Origin: a virus
Taxonomy: Duplodnaviria; Caudoviricetes
Strand: one strand, 5' to 3'
Virus record (IMG/VR): IMGVR_UViG_3300025598_000001
Location: 2,195-66,194 of that record
DNA length: 64,000 bases
Of the stretch, positions 63,781-64,000 are shown piece by piece. How positions within the stretch are numbered: the stretch's first letter is position 1; every line of letters begins with the position of its first letter. The notes beneath the pieces were generated by a model, which did not search any database, was not told where the DNA came from, and saw nothing but the letters and a program-made list of their open reading frames with translations. Position numbers and translations under genes: made by a program.

Positions 63781-64000
63781 GTTACCACGGAAAACTACAA
63801 GCGCTAAAAAATGGCACAGCCGATGTAGAAATACAGCAATGGGCTTACCAACAATTAGAAAAAGAAAAGACACTAACAGATGAGGAAATAGAGGAAGTGT
63901 TTAGAACTGTGGAGCAAGACTTTGCTTTAACAGAATCTAAAAAATCCGATGGTGGTTGGAGAAACTTTCCTGTTGAATTGGGCAGAGCAATACTAAGAAA
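63777..64000 (+). CDS. Modular small protein, truncated by the window end
   Basis: KTLTDEEI...GRAILRK modules. Confidence 0.65.
   Translation, partial: MSYHGKLQALKNGTADVEIQQWAYQQLEKEKTLTDEEIEEVFRTVEQDFALTESKKSDGGWRNFPVELGRAILR

Larger units (their letters stand above)
62514..64000 (+). repeat. Dispersed 18-40 bp DNA modules shared among tandem small ORFs
   Basis: AAGGCACAAGAG(A/C)AATGA x4 plus a partial copy; AAAGACACTAACAGATG x3; CAGCAACAAG x4; ATGAACGCAAATGAACTAGC x2. Confidence 0.88.

Noticed and set aside
62514-64000. Repeats as a CRISPR array
   Set aside because: Several different repeat types, irregular spacing, all in frame within ORFs; no cas operon. The Cas4-like gene is a normal phage replication exonuclease.
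1-64000. Alternative genetic code
   Set aside because: Standard-code ORFs are full length and tightly coupled, and TAA, TGA and TAG all serve as stops.

Overview
The window is almost an entire genome of a dsDNA tailed phage (Caudoviricetes, podovirus-like layout), cut inside the DNA polymerase gene. It has four parts. (1) 1-8168 (+), replication: family A DNA polymerase C-terminus, Cas4-like exonuclease, SNF2 helicase, HTH protein, SSB-like protein and primase-helicase. (2) 8256-51369 (-), late block: GNAT, HNH, terminase, portal, GroES-like protein, scaffold, major capsid protein, many small basic proteins, adaptors, several tail-fibre/chaperone cassettes, GH19 lysis genes, a P22-gp10-like hub and internal proteins. 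A (+) TPR-glycosyltransferase/glycosyltransferase/methyltransferase cassette interrupts it at 39076-41955. (3) 51370-52950, a control region with promoters, palindromes, direct repeats and an ori-like GTTCC array. (4) 51725-64000 (+), early/middle genes including a DUF3150-like/AAA/vWA trio, VRR-NUC and an array of small modular ORFs. I found no integrase, tRNA, CRISPR array or reverse transcriptase. Best candidate for an undescribed system: two intergenic structured RNAs (about 8177-8257 and 5001-5092) carry anti-Shine-Dalgarno sequences complementary to an extended RBS (ACAGGAGAAT/AAGGAGAAT). That RBS precedes many (+) strand early/replication genes but not the late genes I inspected, which suggests an RNA-based early-to-late translational switch. 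An 18-bp palindromic operator repeated through the early region may add a second layer. All family calls come from motif recognition by eye, not database searches.
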